A DNA stretch of 62,694 nucleotides. Source: Myxococcota bacterium. Lineage in GTDB: Bacteria > Myxococcota_A > Polyangia > Fen-1088. Of the stretch, positions 26,116-35,663 are shown piece by piece. Below the pieces are notes generated by a model. That model made no database searches. It was given only the letters and a program-made list of their open reading frames with translations, and was not told the origin of the DNA. The position numbers were made by a program, and so were the translations under genes. The stretch spans positions 1 through 62,694 of the forward strand of contig JBKPRZ010000272.1 of NCBI GenBank assembly GCA_046734815.1, read 5' to 3'. Each line of letters starts with the position of its first letter. Positions within the stretch are counted from its first letter, which is position 1.

Positions 26116-27700
26116 CGGCCACGACGCCGACGTCCTGGACGCTGACTTCCTGATCGTGGGCAGCGGCTTCGGTGGCTCGGTCAGCGCCCTGCGCCTGGCC
26201 GAGAAGGGCTACCGGGTGGTGGTGCTGGAGGCGGGCAAGCGCTGGCGCGCCGACGAGTTTCCGCGCACGAACTGGCGGCTGGACAAGTACCTGTGGGCGC
26301 CGGCGCTGGGCTGGTACGGAATCCAGCGCATCGCCCTGCTGCGCGACGTGATGGTGCTGGCCGGCGCCGGGGTCGGCGGCGGCTCGCTGGTCTACGCCAA
26401 CACCCTGCTGCGCCCGCCGCCCTCGTTCTTCGCCGATCCCCGCTGGGCACAGCTGGACGACTGGGAGGCCCGGCTGGCCCCGCACTACGCCGAGGCGATG
26501 CGCATGCTGGGCGCCACCCCCAGCGCCTTCCTGGGCCCCTCGGATCGCTCCCTGCGCCAGGTGGCCGAGGAGATGGGCCGGGGCGACACCTTCCACCAGC
26601 CCACGGTGGCCGTGTTCTTCGGTGAGCCCGGCAAGACCGTGCCCGATCCCTTCTTCGGCGGCGCCGGCCCGGCGCGCACCGGTTGCACCCTGTGCGGCGG
26701 CTGCATGGTGGGCTGCCGCCACGGCGCCAAGAACACGCTGGACCGCAACTACCTCTATCTGGCCGAAGCGCGCGGCGCCGTCATCCACCCGCTGACCACG
26801 GTGGACAAGATCGAGCCCATCGACGGCGATCCCCGGCGCGGCTACGCGCTGACCACCCGGCGCAGCGGGGCCTGGCGGGCCGGACGCGGCCGGAGGGTCT
26901 GGCGGGCCCGCAACGTGGTGCTGTCCGCCGGCGTGCTGGGCACCGTGCCGCTGCTGCTGCGCGCGCGCGAGCGCGGGTGGCTGCCGGCGCTCTCCCCCCG
27001 CCTGGGCGAGGAGGTGCGCACCAACTCCGAGGCGCTGGTGGGCGCCATCTCCCGGCGCGCGGGAGCCGACCAGAGCCGCGGCATCGCCATCACCTCCGGC
27101 TTCTGGCCCGAGCGGAACACCCACGTCGAGATCGTCCGCTACGGCGCCGGCCAGGACGCCATGGGCCGGCTGGCCACTCTGCTGGCGCCGGGAGGCGGTG
27201 GTCCCTGGCGGCGCCGTCTGCGCTGGCTGGCCCAGGTGCTGGCGCACCCGCTGGACTTCCTGCGCACGCTCTGGCCGTGGGGCTGGGCCCGCGCCACCAC
27301 GATCCTGCTGGTGATGCAGAACCTGGACAGCAAGATGCGCCTGCGCCTGCGCCGCAACCGCCTCACCACCGAGGCCAGCGGCCCGGCGCGACCGCCCGCC
27401 TACATCCCGGCCGCCCACCTGGTGGCGCAGAAGATGGCCGCCAAGAACGACGCGGTGGCGGTCGGATCGATCACCGAGCCGCTGCTGGACATCCCGCTGA
27501 CCGCCCACATCCTGGGCGGCTGTCCCATGGGCGCCGATCGCGACCAGGGTGTCATCGACCGCGACCACCAGGTCTTCGGTTACCCCGGGCTGTACGTCTG
27601 CGACGGCTCGGCGGTCTCGGCGAACCTGGGCGTCAACCCGGCGCTGACGATCTGCGCCCTCACCGAACACGCGATGAGCAAGATCGCCCGCGCCGGCTGA
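26102..27700 (+). CDS. GMC-family FAD-dependent oxidoreductase (cholesterol-oxidase-like)
   Basis: The 532-aa protein begins with the FAD motif DFLIVGSGFGGSVSALRLAEKGYRVVVLEAG, followed by GVGGGSLVYAN and the C-terminal GGCPMG...VCDGSAVSANLGVNP. It overlaps the preceding gene by 14 nt. Confidence 0.8.
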   Translation: MPAADGHDADVLDADFLIVGSGFGGSVSALRLAEKGYRVVVLEAGKRWRADEFPRTNWRLDKYLWAPALGWYGIQRIALLRDVMVLAGAGVGGGSLVYANTLLRPPPSFFADPRWAQLDDWEARLAPHYAEAMRMLGATPSAFLGPSDRSLRQVAEEMGRGDTFHQPTVAVFFGEPGKTVPDPFFGGAGPARTGCTLCGGCMVGCRHGAKNTLDRNYLYLAEARGAVIHPLTTVDKIEPIDGDPRRGYALTTRRSGAWRAGRGRRVWRARNVVLSAGVLGTVPLLLRARERGWLPALSPRLGEEVRTNSEALVGAISRRAGADQSRGIAITSGFWPERNTHVEIVRYGAGQDAMGRLATLLAPGGGGPWRRRLRWLAQVLAHPLDFLRTLWPWGWARATTILLVMQNLDSKMRLRLRRNRLTTEASGPARPPAYIPAAHLVAQKMAAKNDAVAVGSITEPLLDIPLTAHILGGCPMGADRDQGVIDRDHQVFGYPGLYVCDGSAVSANLGVNPALTICALTEHAMSKIARAG

Positions 27701-27783
27701 GATCGACCGCCCGCAAGTTTGCGGCCGGGAATGCCGATGTAGCCCGGGTGCATCTCGGCAGTGCTGCAGTGCGGAGGGTCGAC

Positions 27784-30462
27784 GTGAGCAAGTGTTCGAA
27801 GCGGCGCCGAGGGGCGCGAGTCGGTGTGTGGTTGGCCGTGGCGACGGGTGGTTTTCTCGGGGGCTGCGGCAAGTCCGCCCCGAGCCAGAACCCTGACGGC
27901 GGACCCAACACGCCGCCGGTGGTGGGCCAGGACTGCTCGGGCGACAACTGCCCCGGCCGCGCCCAGCCGCCGGACTGGCACAACCCCGCCCCGACCTTCG
28001 CGGCGCATTTCCTGGTCGTGGACACCAGCGGCGCGCCGGTGGCCGGCGCCACCGTTCGCACCGACAAGATCATGTGGATGACCGACGCCACCGGCTTCGC
28101 CCGGATCGGTCCCATCCCGGCGGGCCGACCGCAGCCGCTCACGGTGGAGAAGACCGGCTTCACGCCGCGCCTGGGACAGACCACCGTCTTCGAATCCGGC
28201 CAGCAGCTGACCCACGTCGTGCTGATGCCGATCGGCGTCCAGGAGAAGATCACCATCGGCGAGCGCGTGCTGCTCGGGCATCAAGGCGCACTGGTGGACC
28301 TGCCGCCCAAGGCGCTGATCGCGCCCGACGGCACCCATCCGCCCAGCGGCAAGGCGCAGATGACCCAGCTGTCGCCGGACAAGGTCCCCGCCGGCTCCCT
28401 GCCTGCCAGCCGCAGCGCCTGGACCGAGGAGGGCACGCGCACGGTGATGGACGAGCTGCTCAGCGCCACCTACGTGCACTTCAGCGACGACGCCGGCCAC
28501 GATCTCTCCCTGGCGCCCGGTCAGACCGCCTGGCTCGAGGCCCCCATGCCCAAGGGTGCGGCGCTGACCGTCGGCGAATCCATTCCGATGTGGACGCTCG
28601 ACGAGAAGGACAACAGCTGGCGCCGGGAGAACACCTGCATCGTCGAGGAGCGGCAGACCGTCGCCGAGACCGAGCTGGTGTGCCGGGGCGCAGTCTCGCA
28701 CTTCTCCCTGTGGGCGATCGCCCGCGAGTACGACATCTACAAGCCCAACTCGCTCGGCTGCCTCAATGCCAACCTCAAGGAGGAGGCGGACGCCTGTTAC
28801 TCCACGGTGGTGGAACGCGAGCTGGTGCTCAGCTGCGACGCCCAGGGCAACAACTGCAAACCTTTCAACAGCCTCAACGAAGGCTTCTACCTGGGTAAAG
28901 AAGCCACCCAGGTCTCCTATTGCGGCGTGGTCACGCCGGGGACCTATCGGGTCGAGCTCACCTATCGCGTCGATTCCTCCAATTGCGGGATGAATCCGGA
29001 TGCGCCGCTGAGCGGCCGCCGGGTGATGGTCTCCCCTCCTCTGCCCCTGACCTCGTTCGCCGACATGCTCGGCCAGAAGCTGATGCTGAACTTCACCCTG
29101 AACGGCACCCGGGATTGTCCCACCCTGTGTGCGCAGATCGACTTCCAGATCGACAAGACCGCGCTGGCGTCGCCCTCCTGGGTCGACCAGGACGGCGATG
29201 GCGCCTGGGTGACCGCGACCAAGGACGCCGTGCTGCCCCGGGGCGCGGTCCGCGACTGCGACGACACCGACCGGCTGGTGAACCCGTGGGCGCCCGAGCC
29301 GTTCTGCGCCACCAAGGACATGAACTGTGACGGCGTCGCGCCCAAGGCGATTTCCAGCCTCAAGGATGTGCCCTCGTACCGCTGGAACTACGAGTGCCAT
29401 TCCTGTCTGGCCCTGGACGCCTTCAAGAAGCTGGCCACCGAGGAGATGGACGGCAACGAATACGACGAGAACTGCGACGGGCGGGTGGGCGACCGCGATC
29501 TGGACGGCGTCTCGGCGCCGATGGACTGCAACGACTGGAACAAGGCCGTCGGCCCCAACAAGGACGAGATCCCCGGCAACTACGTCGACGAGAACTGCGA
29601 CGGCATGGTGCTCGACGCCGACAACGACGGCTTCCCCGCGAAGATACACGGCATCGACGCCGCGGAGATCGGGGCCAAGTTCCCGCAGTTCACCCCCGAC
29701 AAGTTCGTCGACTGCGACGACTACGATCCGAACACCAACCCCAGCCGCCCGGTCAGCGCGGAAGCGGGGCAGATGTGGCGCTTCTATTACAAGGTGGGCG
29801 CGGAGGTGCACCGGGACGTGAGCTACTGCTCGCTGTTCAACCAGGACGGCACGCCGGTGAACAACTTCTTCAGCATCATCAAGGACCGCAACTGCGACGG
29901 CAAGTTGACCGACATCGACGGCGACGGCTTCACCCACCCCTCCGACCTGACCATGGGCAAGGACAAGGCGGTGGACTGCGACGAGCTCGACCCGCGGGTG
30001 GGCCCCGGCACCTGGGATCCGAACCAGGAGCGGACATTGGTGTGCCCGACGGACCAGAGCAAGCTGATCAACGACAGCGTCTGCAAGGTCCAGCTGCAGC
30101 CCTACCAGGTGGGGGTCAGCTGCCCGGTGCTCTCGCTGAGCGGCACCACCATCAAGACCTATTGCGAGGAGATCAAGAACGCCGACGGCAGCTCCACCGG
30201 CGAGGGGGTGTGTGGGTTCCCGGGCTGGTCGGACGCCAACCCGCTGTCCATCCACCCGGGTGAGTTCTTCGGGCCCTGCGACGGCGACCAGGGTCAGCAG
30301 GGAGTGAAGCTACCCTGCGGCGACGGCCTGACCTGCGGCGGCCCCGCCGATGGCGCCTCGCCCTGGACCGCTCAGTTCGAGAAATACATCAGCGACACCT
30401 ACCTCGAGGGTGCGGCGATCCGGTTCAAGGGGATGTGTTTCCCCCTGTGCAAGATCCAGTGA
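27784..30462 (+). CDS. Large Cys-rich lipoprotein with MopE-like putative metal-binding (D-x-D/N-C-D-G) repeats
   Basis: GTG 27784 lies inside ORF 26683..30462 and gives MSKCSKRRRGARVGVWLAVATGGFLGGC with a lipobox. GTG 27748 is the alternative. The repeats are DCDDTDRLVNPWAPE..CDG, DENCDGRVGDRDLDG, DCNDWNKAVGPN, DENCDGMVLDADNDG, DCDDYDPNTNP, DRNCDGKLTDIDGDG and DCDELDPRVGPG. The upstream part of the ORF overlaps the GMC gene in another frame and is not coding. Confidence 0.7.
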   Translation: MSKCSKRRRGARVGVWLAVATGGFLGGCGKSAPSQNPDGGPNTPPVVGQDCSGDNCPGRAQPPDWHNPAPTFAAHFLVVDTSGAPVAGATVRTDKIMWMTDATGFARIGPIPAGRPQPLTVEKTGFTPRLGQTTVFESGQQLTHVVLMPIGVQEKITIGERVLLGHQGALVDLPPKALIAPDGTHPPSGKAQMTQLSPDKVPAGSLPASRSAWTEEGTRTVMDELLSATYVHFSDDAGHDLSLAPGQTAWLEAPMPKGAALTVGESIPMWTLDEKDNSWRRENTCIVEERQTVAETELVCRGAVSHFSLWAIAREYDIYKPNSLGCLNANLKEEADACYSTVVERELVLSCDAQGNNCKPFNSLNEGFYLGKEATQVSYCGVVTPGTYRVELTYRVDSSNCGMNPDAPLSGRRVMVSPPLPLTSFADMLGQKLMLNFTLNGTRDCPTLCAQIDFQIDKTALASPSWVDQDGDGAWVTATKDAVLPRGAVRDCDDTDRLVNPWAPEPFCATKDMNCDGVAPKAISSLKDVPSYRWNYECHSCLALDAFKKLATEEMDGNEYDENCDGRVGDRDLDGVSAPMDCNDWNKAVGPNKDEIPGNYVDENCDGMVLDADNDGFPAKIHGIDAAEIGAKFPQFTPDKFVDCDDYDPNTNPSRPVSAEAGQMWRFYYKVGAEVHRDVSYCSLFNQDGTPVNNFFSIIKDRNCDGKLTDIDGDGFTHPSDLTMGKDKAVDCDELDPRVGPGTWDPNQERTLVCPTDQSKLINDSVCKVQLQPYQVGVSCPVLSLSGTTIKTYCEEIKNADGSSTGEGVCGFPGWSDANPLSIHPGEFFGPCDGDQGQQGVKLPCGDGLTCGGPADGASPWTAQFEKYISDTYLEGAAIRFKGMCFPLCKIQ

Positions 30463-30511
30463 GTCCGGCGCCGCGCGCGCGAGCCTGACCAGAGAAACCC
30501 GCGCGGCCCGG

Positions 30512-32179
30512 CTACTCGCGGCGCTCCGAGAAGTGCGGAGCGCCCGCCACCTGGGCGGCCAGCTCCAGGAATCCGATCTTGCCGTCGACGAAGTCGTTGC
30601 GCGCCTGACCGGCCACGCAATTCTGGTTCTGGCCGGTCAGGTATTTGGTCATGGTCTCGGCCACGCAGGCCGCCACGTCGGGCCGTCCCGCCAGCAGCTC
30701 GGCCAGCTCCTCCTGACCACCGGCCACCGAGAACAACATCTGCCCGTCGGCGTCCAGGGTGAATCCGGAAGCGTCGATGGGCTCGCCGTTCTCCGTCTGC
30801 CGGTAACGCCCGCCCTCGTCGAAGTGCTCGAAGGAAAACCCGAGCGGATCGAAGAACCGGTGGCAGGTGGCGCAGGCGGCCTGGGCGTGCGCGCTCTCGA
30901 ACCGCTGGCGGGTGGTCCGCCAGCCGGCACCAGGCGCGGGCAGGTCGGGCACCACCGCCGGCTGGGCCGGGATGGGCAGGCAGAGCAGCTTCTGCCGCAC
31001 CAGGATCCCGCGCTTGGTCGGCGACGAGTTCAGCGACTGCGAGCGCTCGGCCAGCACCGCCCCCTGGGCCAGAAGGCCGATGCCCTGCCCCTTCGGTCGA
31101 TTGACCGGCGCGAACCCGGGCGCCGGCGGCGCGGGCAGCCCGTAATAGGTGGCCAGCGGCCCATCGACGGTGGTGTAGGGCGCGGTCAGCAGCCCGCGCA
31201 GCCCGCCCCTGTCCACCCGGACCACCCGGTCGATGAAGGTGCGCGTCTCCTCGGCCAGCGCGTCGCGGAGGGCGGCGAAGCCCGGCACCTGGTCGCGCTG
31301 GTTCGCGCTCACCAGGTCGTAGCCCAGCCAGCGGCGGAAGTAGTCGTCCATGGTGCGGCGGCCCGCCGGGGTGTCCAGCAACGCGCGCGCCTCGGCGATC
31401 AGCGCCTCGCGCGTTCCCAGCTGTCCCGCCTCCGCCTTGGCCAGCAGCGCCTCGCCAGGCGCGCTTCCGGTGAAGGTGTAGGCCAGCTCGCTGGCCAGCT
31501 CCCACTGGGTCAGCCGGTGCACGCCCCCACCGGCCGCCTGCCCCACCTGGCGGCGGTACAGGGTGTGCGGCGACTGCATCAGCGCCACCAGCACCCACTT
31601 GCAGCCCTGCGTGAAGTCCGACTTCGCTGCCACCGTGTTGTAAAGCTGCAGGTAGCGTTGCTGCTCCTCGGGGGTCAGCGGCCGCCGGAACAGGCGCCGG
31701 CCGAACCGCTTGATCACCTCGCTCGCGCAGGCCGCGTCCTTGCTGCTGCCGGCGCAGGAGACCTTGCCGGCGAGGTTGGCCGGCGCCACCACCGCCTCGG
31801 CGATGGACCGGGAGGCGGCCAGCAGCTTGTCGGCGCTGTCCTCGCCCACCAGCAGCTTGGCCGGGTTGACGAAGCCATCCTTGGTGTCCAGCGGGTCGGC
31901 GATGTCCAGGCTGAACGCGTCCCGGGCCTCGGGGAACAGGTCGCGGAAAGTATTCGCCAGCTCCTGCGCGGTCAGCCGCACCAGGGTGGGTGGGCCCACG
32001 AACGGTTGATCGCAGCGCACCGGCGGCGGCCCGATCGGCGGAGCCGGCTCTGCCACCGGCGGCGTGGGTGCGGGCGGCGCGGGCCGACCACCGCCGCCCC
32101 CCGACCCGCCGGGCTCGCCGATCTGCCCGGTCGAGGCGGTGCACCCGAGCAGCAGCAGCGCCAGCGCCAGCCGTCTCAT
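30512..32179 (-). CDS. DUF1592/DUF1588/DUF1585-type lipoprotein (planctomycete-cytochrome-c-like family, single CxxCH)
   Basis: The in-frame ATG gives MRRLALALLLLGC with a lipobox. Family blocks are LTAQELANTFRDLF, RFGRRLFRRPLTPEE, LMQSPHTLY, YFRRWLG, TSPTKRG and CATCHRFFDPLGFSFEHFDEGGRYR. The ATG overlaps the upstream stop (ATGA at 32176-32179). Confidence 0.75.
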   Translation of the reverse strand: MRRLALALLLLGCTASTGQIGEPGGSGGGGGRPAPPAPTPPVAEPAPPIGPPPVRCDQPFVGPPTLVRLTAQELANTFRDLFPEARDAFSLDIADPLDTKDGFVNPAKLLVGEDSADKLLAASRSIAEAVVAPANLAGKVSCAGSSKDAACASEVIKRFGRRLFRRPLTPEEQQRYLQLYNTVAAKSDFTQGCKWVLVALMQSPHTLYRRQVGQAAGGGVHRLTQWELASELAYTFTGSAPGEALLAKAEAGQLGTREALIAEARALLDTPAGRRTMDDYFRRWLGYDLVSANQRDQVPGFAALRDALAEETRTFIDRVVRVDRGGLRGLLTAPYTTVDGPLATYYGLPAPPAPGFAPVNRPKGQGIGLLAQGAVLAERSQSLNSSPTKRGILVRQKLLCLPIPAQPAVVPDLPAPGAGWRTTRQRFESAHAQAACATCHRFFDPLGFSFEHFDEGGRYRQTENGEPIDASGFTLDADGQMLFSVAGGQEELAELLAGRPDVAACVAETMTKYLTGQNQNCVAGQARNDFVDGKIGFLELAAQVAGAPHFSERRE

Positions 32180-33549
32180 GTGAGGATCTCCCGGATGGGG
32201 CTGGCCGAGAAGTTCGCCCCGCTCACCCCCATCGCGCTGCAGATCGAGGCCAGCAGGTCCTTGTGGGTGCGGTTCTCGAAGTCGACCACCTGCCCGGTCG
32301 CCACCGCCCCGCCCCCGCCGCCGATCAACATCAGCGGCAGCTGGGTGGTGACGCGCGCGGCGCCCAGCTCGAGGATCTGCTTGCGGCAGTTGTGCTCGTT
32401 GCCGTCGGCGATCTCGCTGCAGACGTAGACCAGCGTGTTGTCCAGGACCTTGCGCCCGGGGTCCAGCGGATCGGCGGTCGCGCGCAGCGGCCGCAGCACC
32501 TGTTCCTCCAGCTGCCCGTAGATCCACTGCTGCACGCGCGCGAACTCCTCGCGCCCGGCGGGATCGCGCGAGTGCGAGACCGGGTCGTGGTGATCCTTGT
32601 TGACCCCCATGAAACCGAAGTTGATCTGCGCGTTGGCCCACATGGCCTGCAGCCCGACCACGCGGCGGCCGCACAGCAGCGCCTGGCGGGCCACCTCCAG
32701 CTGGGCCAGGAAGATCGGCTTGAACTTGCTCTTGTCGAAAAAATAGGCCTCGCTGGCCCCGCCCATCGACTCCTGCCGGACCAGCTCGACGCCGGGCAAG
32801 CTGCCGGGCGCGCAGGCCGCCACCGGCCCACCGCCCGGCATTCCTCCACTGCCGCCGCCCGGCGCCGGGCGATCCTTGATGCTGCGCAGGCTGTCCAGGT
32901 GCACCGACAGACGCGAGCGGGTCGAGGTCAGCGCGGCCAGCTCCTTCTGCAGGGCCTCGATCTCGGCGATGCCCACGCCCAGGGCCGCCCTCTGGAATTC
33001 GGCGTCGTTCATCGCCGTCGGCGTGCCCGGCACGCCGCTGCCGCCCAGCTCGCCCAGCGCCTTGATCGGGTTCAGCTCCGGCGCCACCCACTCGGTGTTG
33101 CGGAACATGTTGTTGTCGGGACCGAACTGGTACTTGAGGTAAGCGACCGCGCCGAGGAGCAGCGGCTTTTCCCCGATGCCCTTGCCCACCGCCTGGTCCA
33201 CCGACAGCGAGGTATCGCCGGTCAACACCGCGGCGATGGACTGGTGCTGGGAGTGACCGGTGTATTCGATCCCGCGCAGCAGGAGGAACTGGTCCTGGTA
33301 CGGCTTGAACGCCTTCAGGACACCGACCTTCGGGTTGGCGGCGAGATCGAACGCCCGTCCCTGCCCGCCGGGATCGTAATGCTCGGCGGGCATCCCGTGC
33401 GGCACGAAGAAGATCAGCAGCCGCCGCGGTCGAGCCGGGGGCTGGGCCAGCGCCCGGCGGGACATCGCCAGCGCCAGCGGCGCGGGGATGCCCAGCCCCA
33501 GGGCCCGCAGGAAGGTCCGGCGCTGCAGCAGGCGGGCTCCCCGGCTCAT
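32176..33549 (-). CDS. DUF1552-type protein with twin-arginine (Tat) signal
   Basis: The N-terminus MSRGARLLQRRTFLRALGLGIPAPLALA carries an RR-x-F-L Tat motif. Family-like blocks are LLIFFVPHGM, HSQHQSI and FMGVNKDHHDPVSH. The track ORF starts at TTG 33558, and ATG 33549 is preferred. Confidence 0.7.
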   Translation of the reverse strand: MSRGARLLQRRTFLRALGLGIPAPLALAMSRRALAQPPARPRRLLIFFVPHGMPAEHYDPGGQGRAFDLAANPKVGVLKAFKPYQDQFLLLRGIEYTGHSQHQSIAAVLTGDTSLSVDQAVGKGIGEKPLLLGAVAYLKYQFGPDNNMFRNTEWVAPELNPIKALGELGGSGVPGTPTAMNDAEFQRAALGVGIAEIEALQKELAALTSTRSRLSVHLDSLRSIKDRPAPGGGSGGMPGGGPVAACAPGSLPGVELVRQESMGGASEAYFFDKSKFKPIFLAQLEVARQALLCGRRVVGLQAMWANAQINFGFMGVNKDHHDPVSHSRDPAGREEFARVQQWIYGQLEEQVLRPLRATADPLDPGRKVLDNTLVYVCSEIADGNEHNCRKQILELGAARVTTQLPLMLIGGGGGAVATGQVVDFENRTHKDLLASICSAMGVSGANFSASPIREILT

Positions 33550-33634
33550 GCCCGCCAAGCTTGCCTCATGCCCCCCGGTGGGGGTAGGCGCTTCCGGTCA
33601 AACCGCTGTCCGCTGGTACGCCACACCCGGCGCG

Positions 33635-34972
<1,338 letters not shown>

Positions 34973-35169
34973 GCCTTGGGCCCTCCAGGTGGTCGGTCGG
35001 CGACCTTAACACGGAGGCCCGGCGGGAACAGCGCGTGAAGCGGGTGGCGCGGCTCGGCTACCGGCGCGGCACGACGCCGCAGCTGCCGATCTACCAGCTG
35101 GATCCGACCAGACCTTGCACGCCCTTTCTCCGAGGTGCGCGCTTACGCGAACGAGTCGACCTGGTGATC

Positions 35170-35223
35170 TCGGGAACACGGCGGACTCGGGAACACGGCG
35201 GACGACGCGGGAATGACGGCGAC
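35170..35223. repeat. Direct repeats in a long intergenic region: 2 perfect 17-bp units plus 1 degenerate unit
   Basis: tcgggaacacggcggac occurs at 35170-35186 and again at 35187-35203, followed by the degenerate gcgggaatgacggcgac at about 35207-35223. The repeats lie about 200 nt upstream of the minus-strand MFS gene and about 440 nt upstream of the plus-strand gene at 35664. Confidence 0.8.
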
Positions 35224-35663
35224 TCGAGGACGCGCACGCGCGCGCTGCCGTGTCTCCGATCGCCACGAGCCTCGACTCGCTCCCGAGCGAGTTGGGGGCC
35301 AGTCCGTTCCGCGTGAATGACGACGTCATAATCCCGCACCACACGCATCCGGCAGAGGGCGTTGTCACCGAACCGTCCGCTCGACATCGTTTCTCCCCTC
35401 GACAAGCCAGTCGACGTCCGCCGGCTACGTCATCGCCCTTACATACGCGAGAGGAAATCATAGGACGAGATAGCGGCACCGTCCCGCGCGCGACCTGCCG
35501 GTCCGCAGAAATCGATTGACGTCGAGCCGCCTTCTTGGGAAACGTGCGGGAACCGGCTGTTTTCAACGGTGCCGGGGCCGTACGCGGCTCGCGACGGTGT
35601 GTTCGGGCTCTTGCAAATGCTACACACCGGACATCCGAGTTGTGTTTTCTTCAGGAACGTCTC

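Noticed and set aside
35006-35566. ORFs 35006..35566 (-), 35035..35316 (+), 35091..35405 (-) and 35250..35519 (+) in the long intergenic region.
   Set aside because: They have Arg/Ser/Gly-rich composition with no motifs, no RBS and mutual overlap. I treat the region as non-coding, although a small gene cannot be excluded without comparative data.
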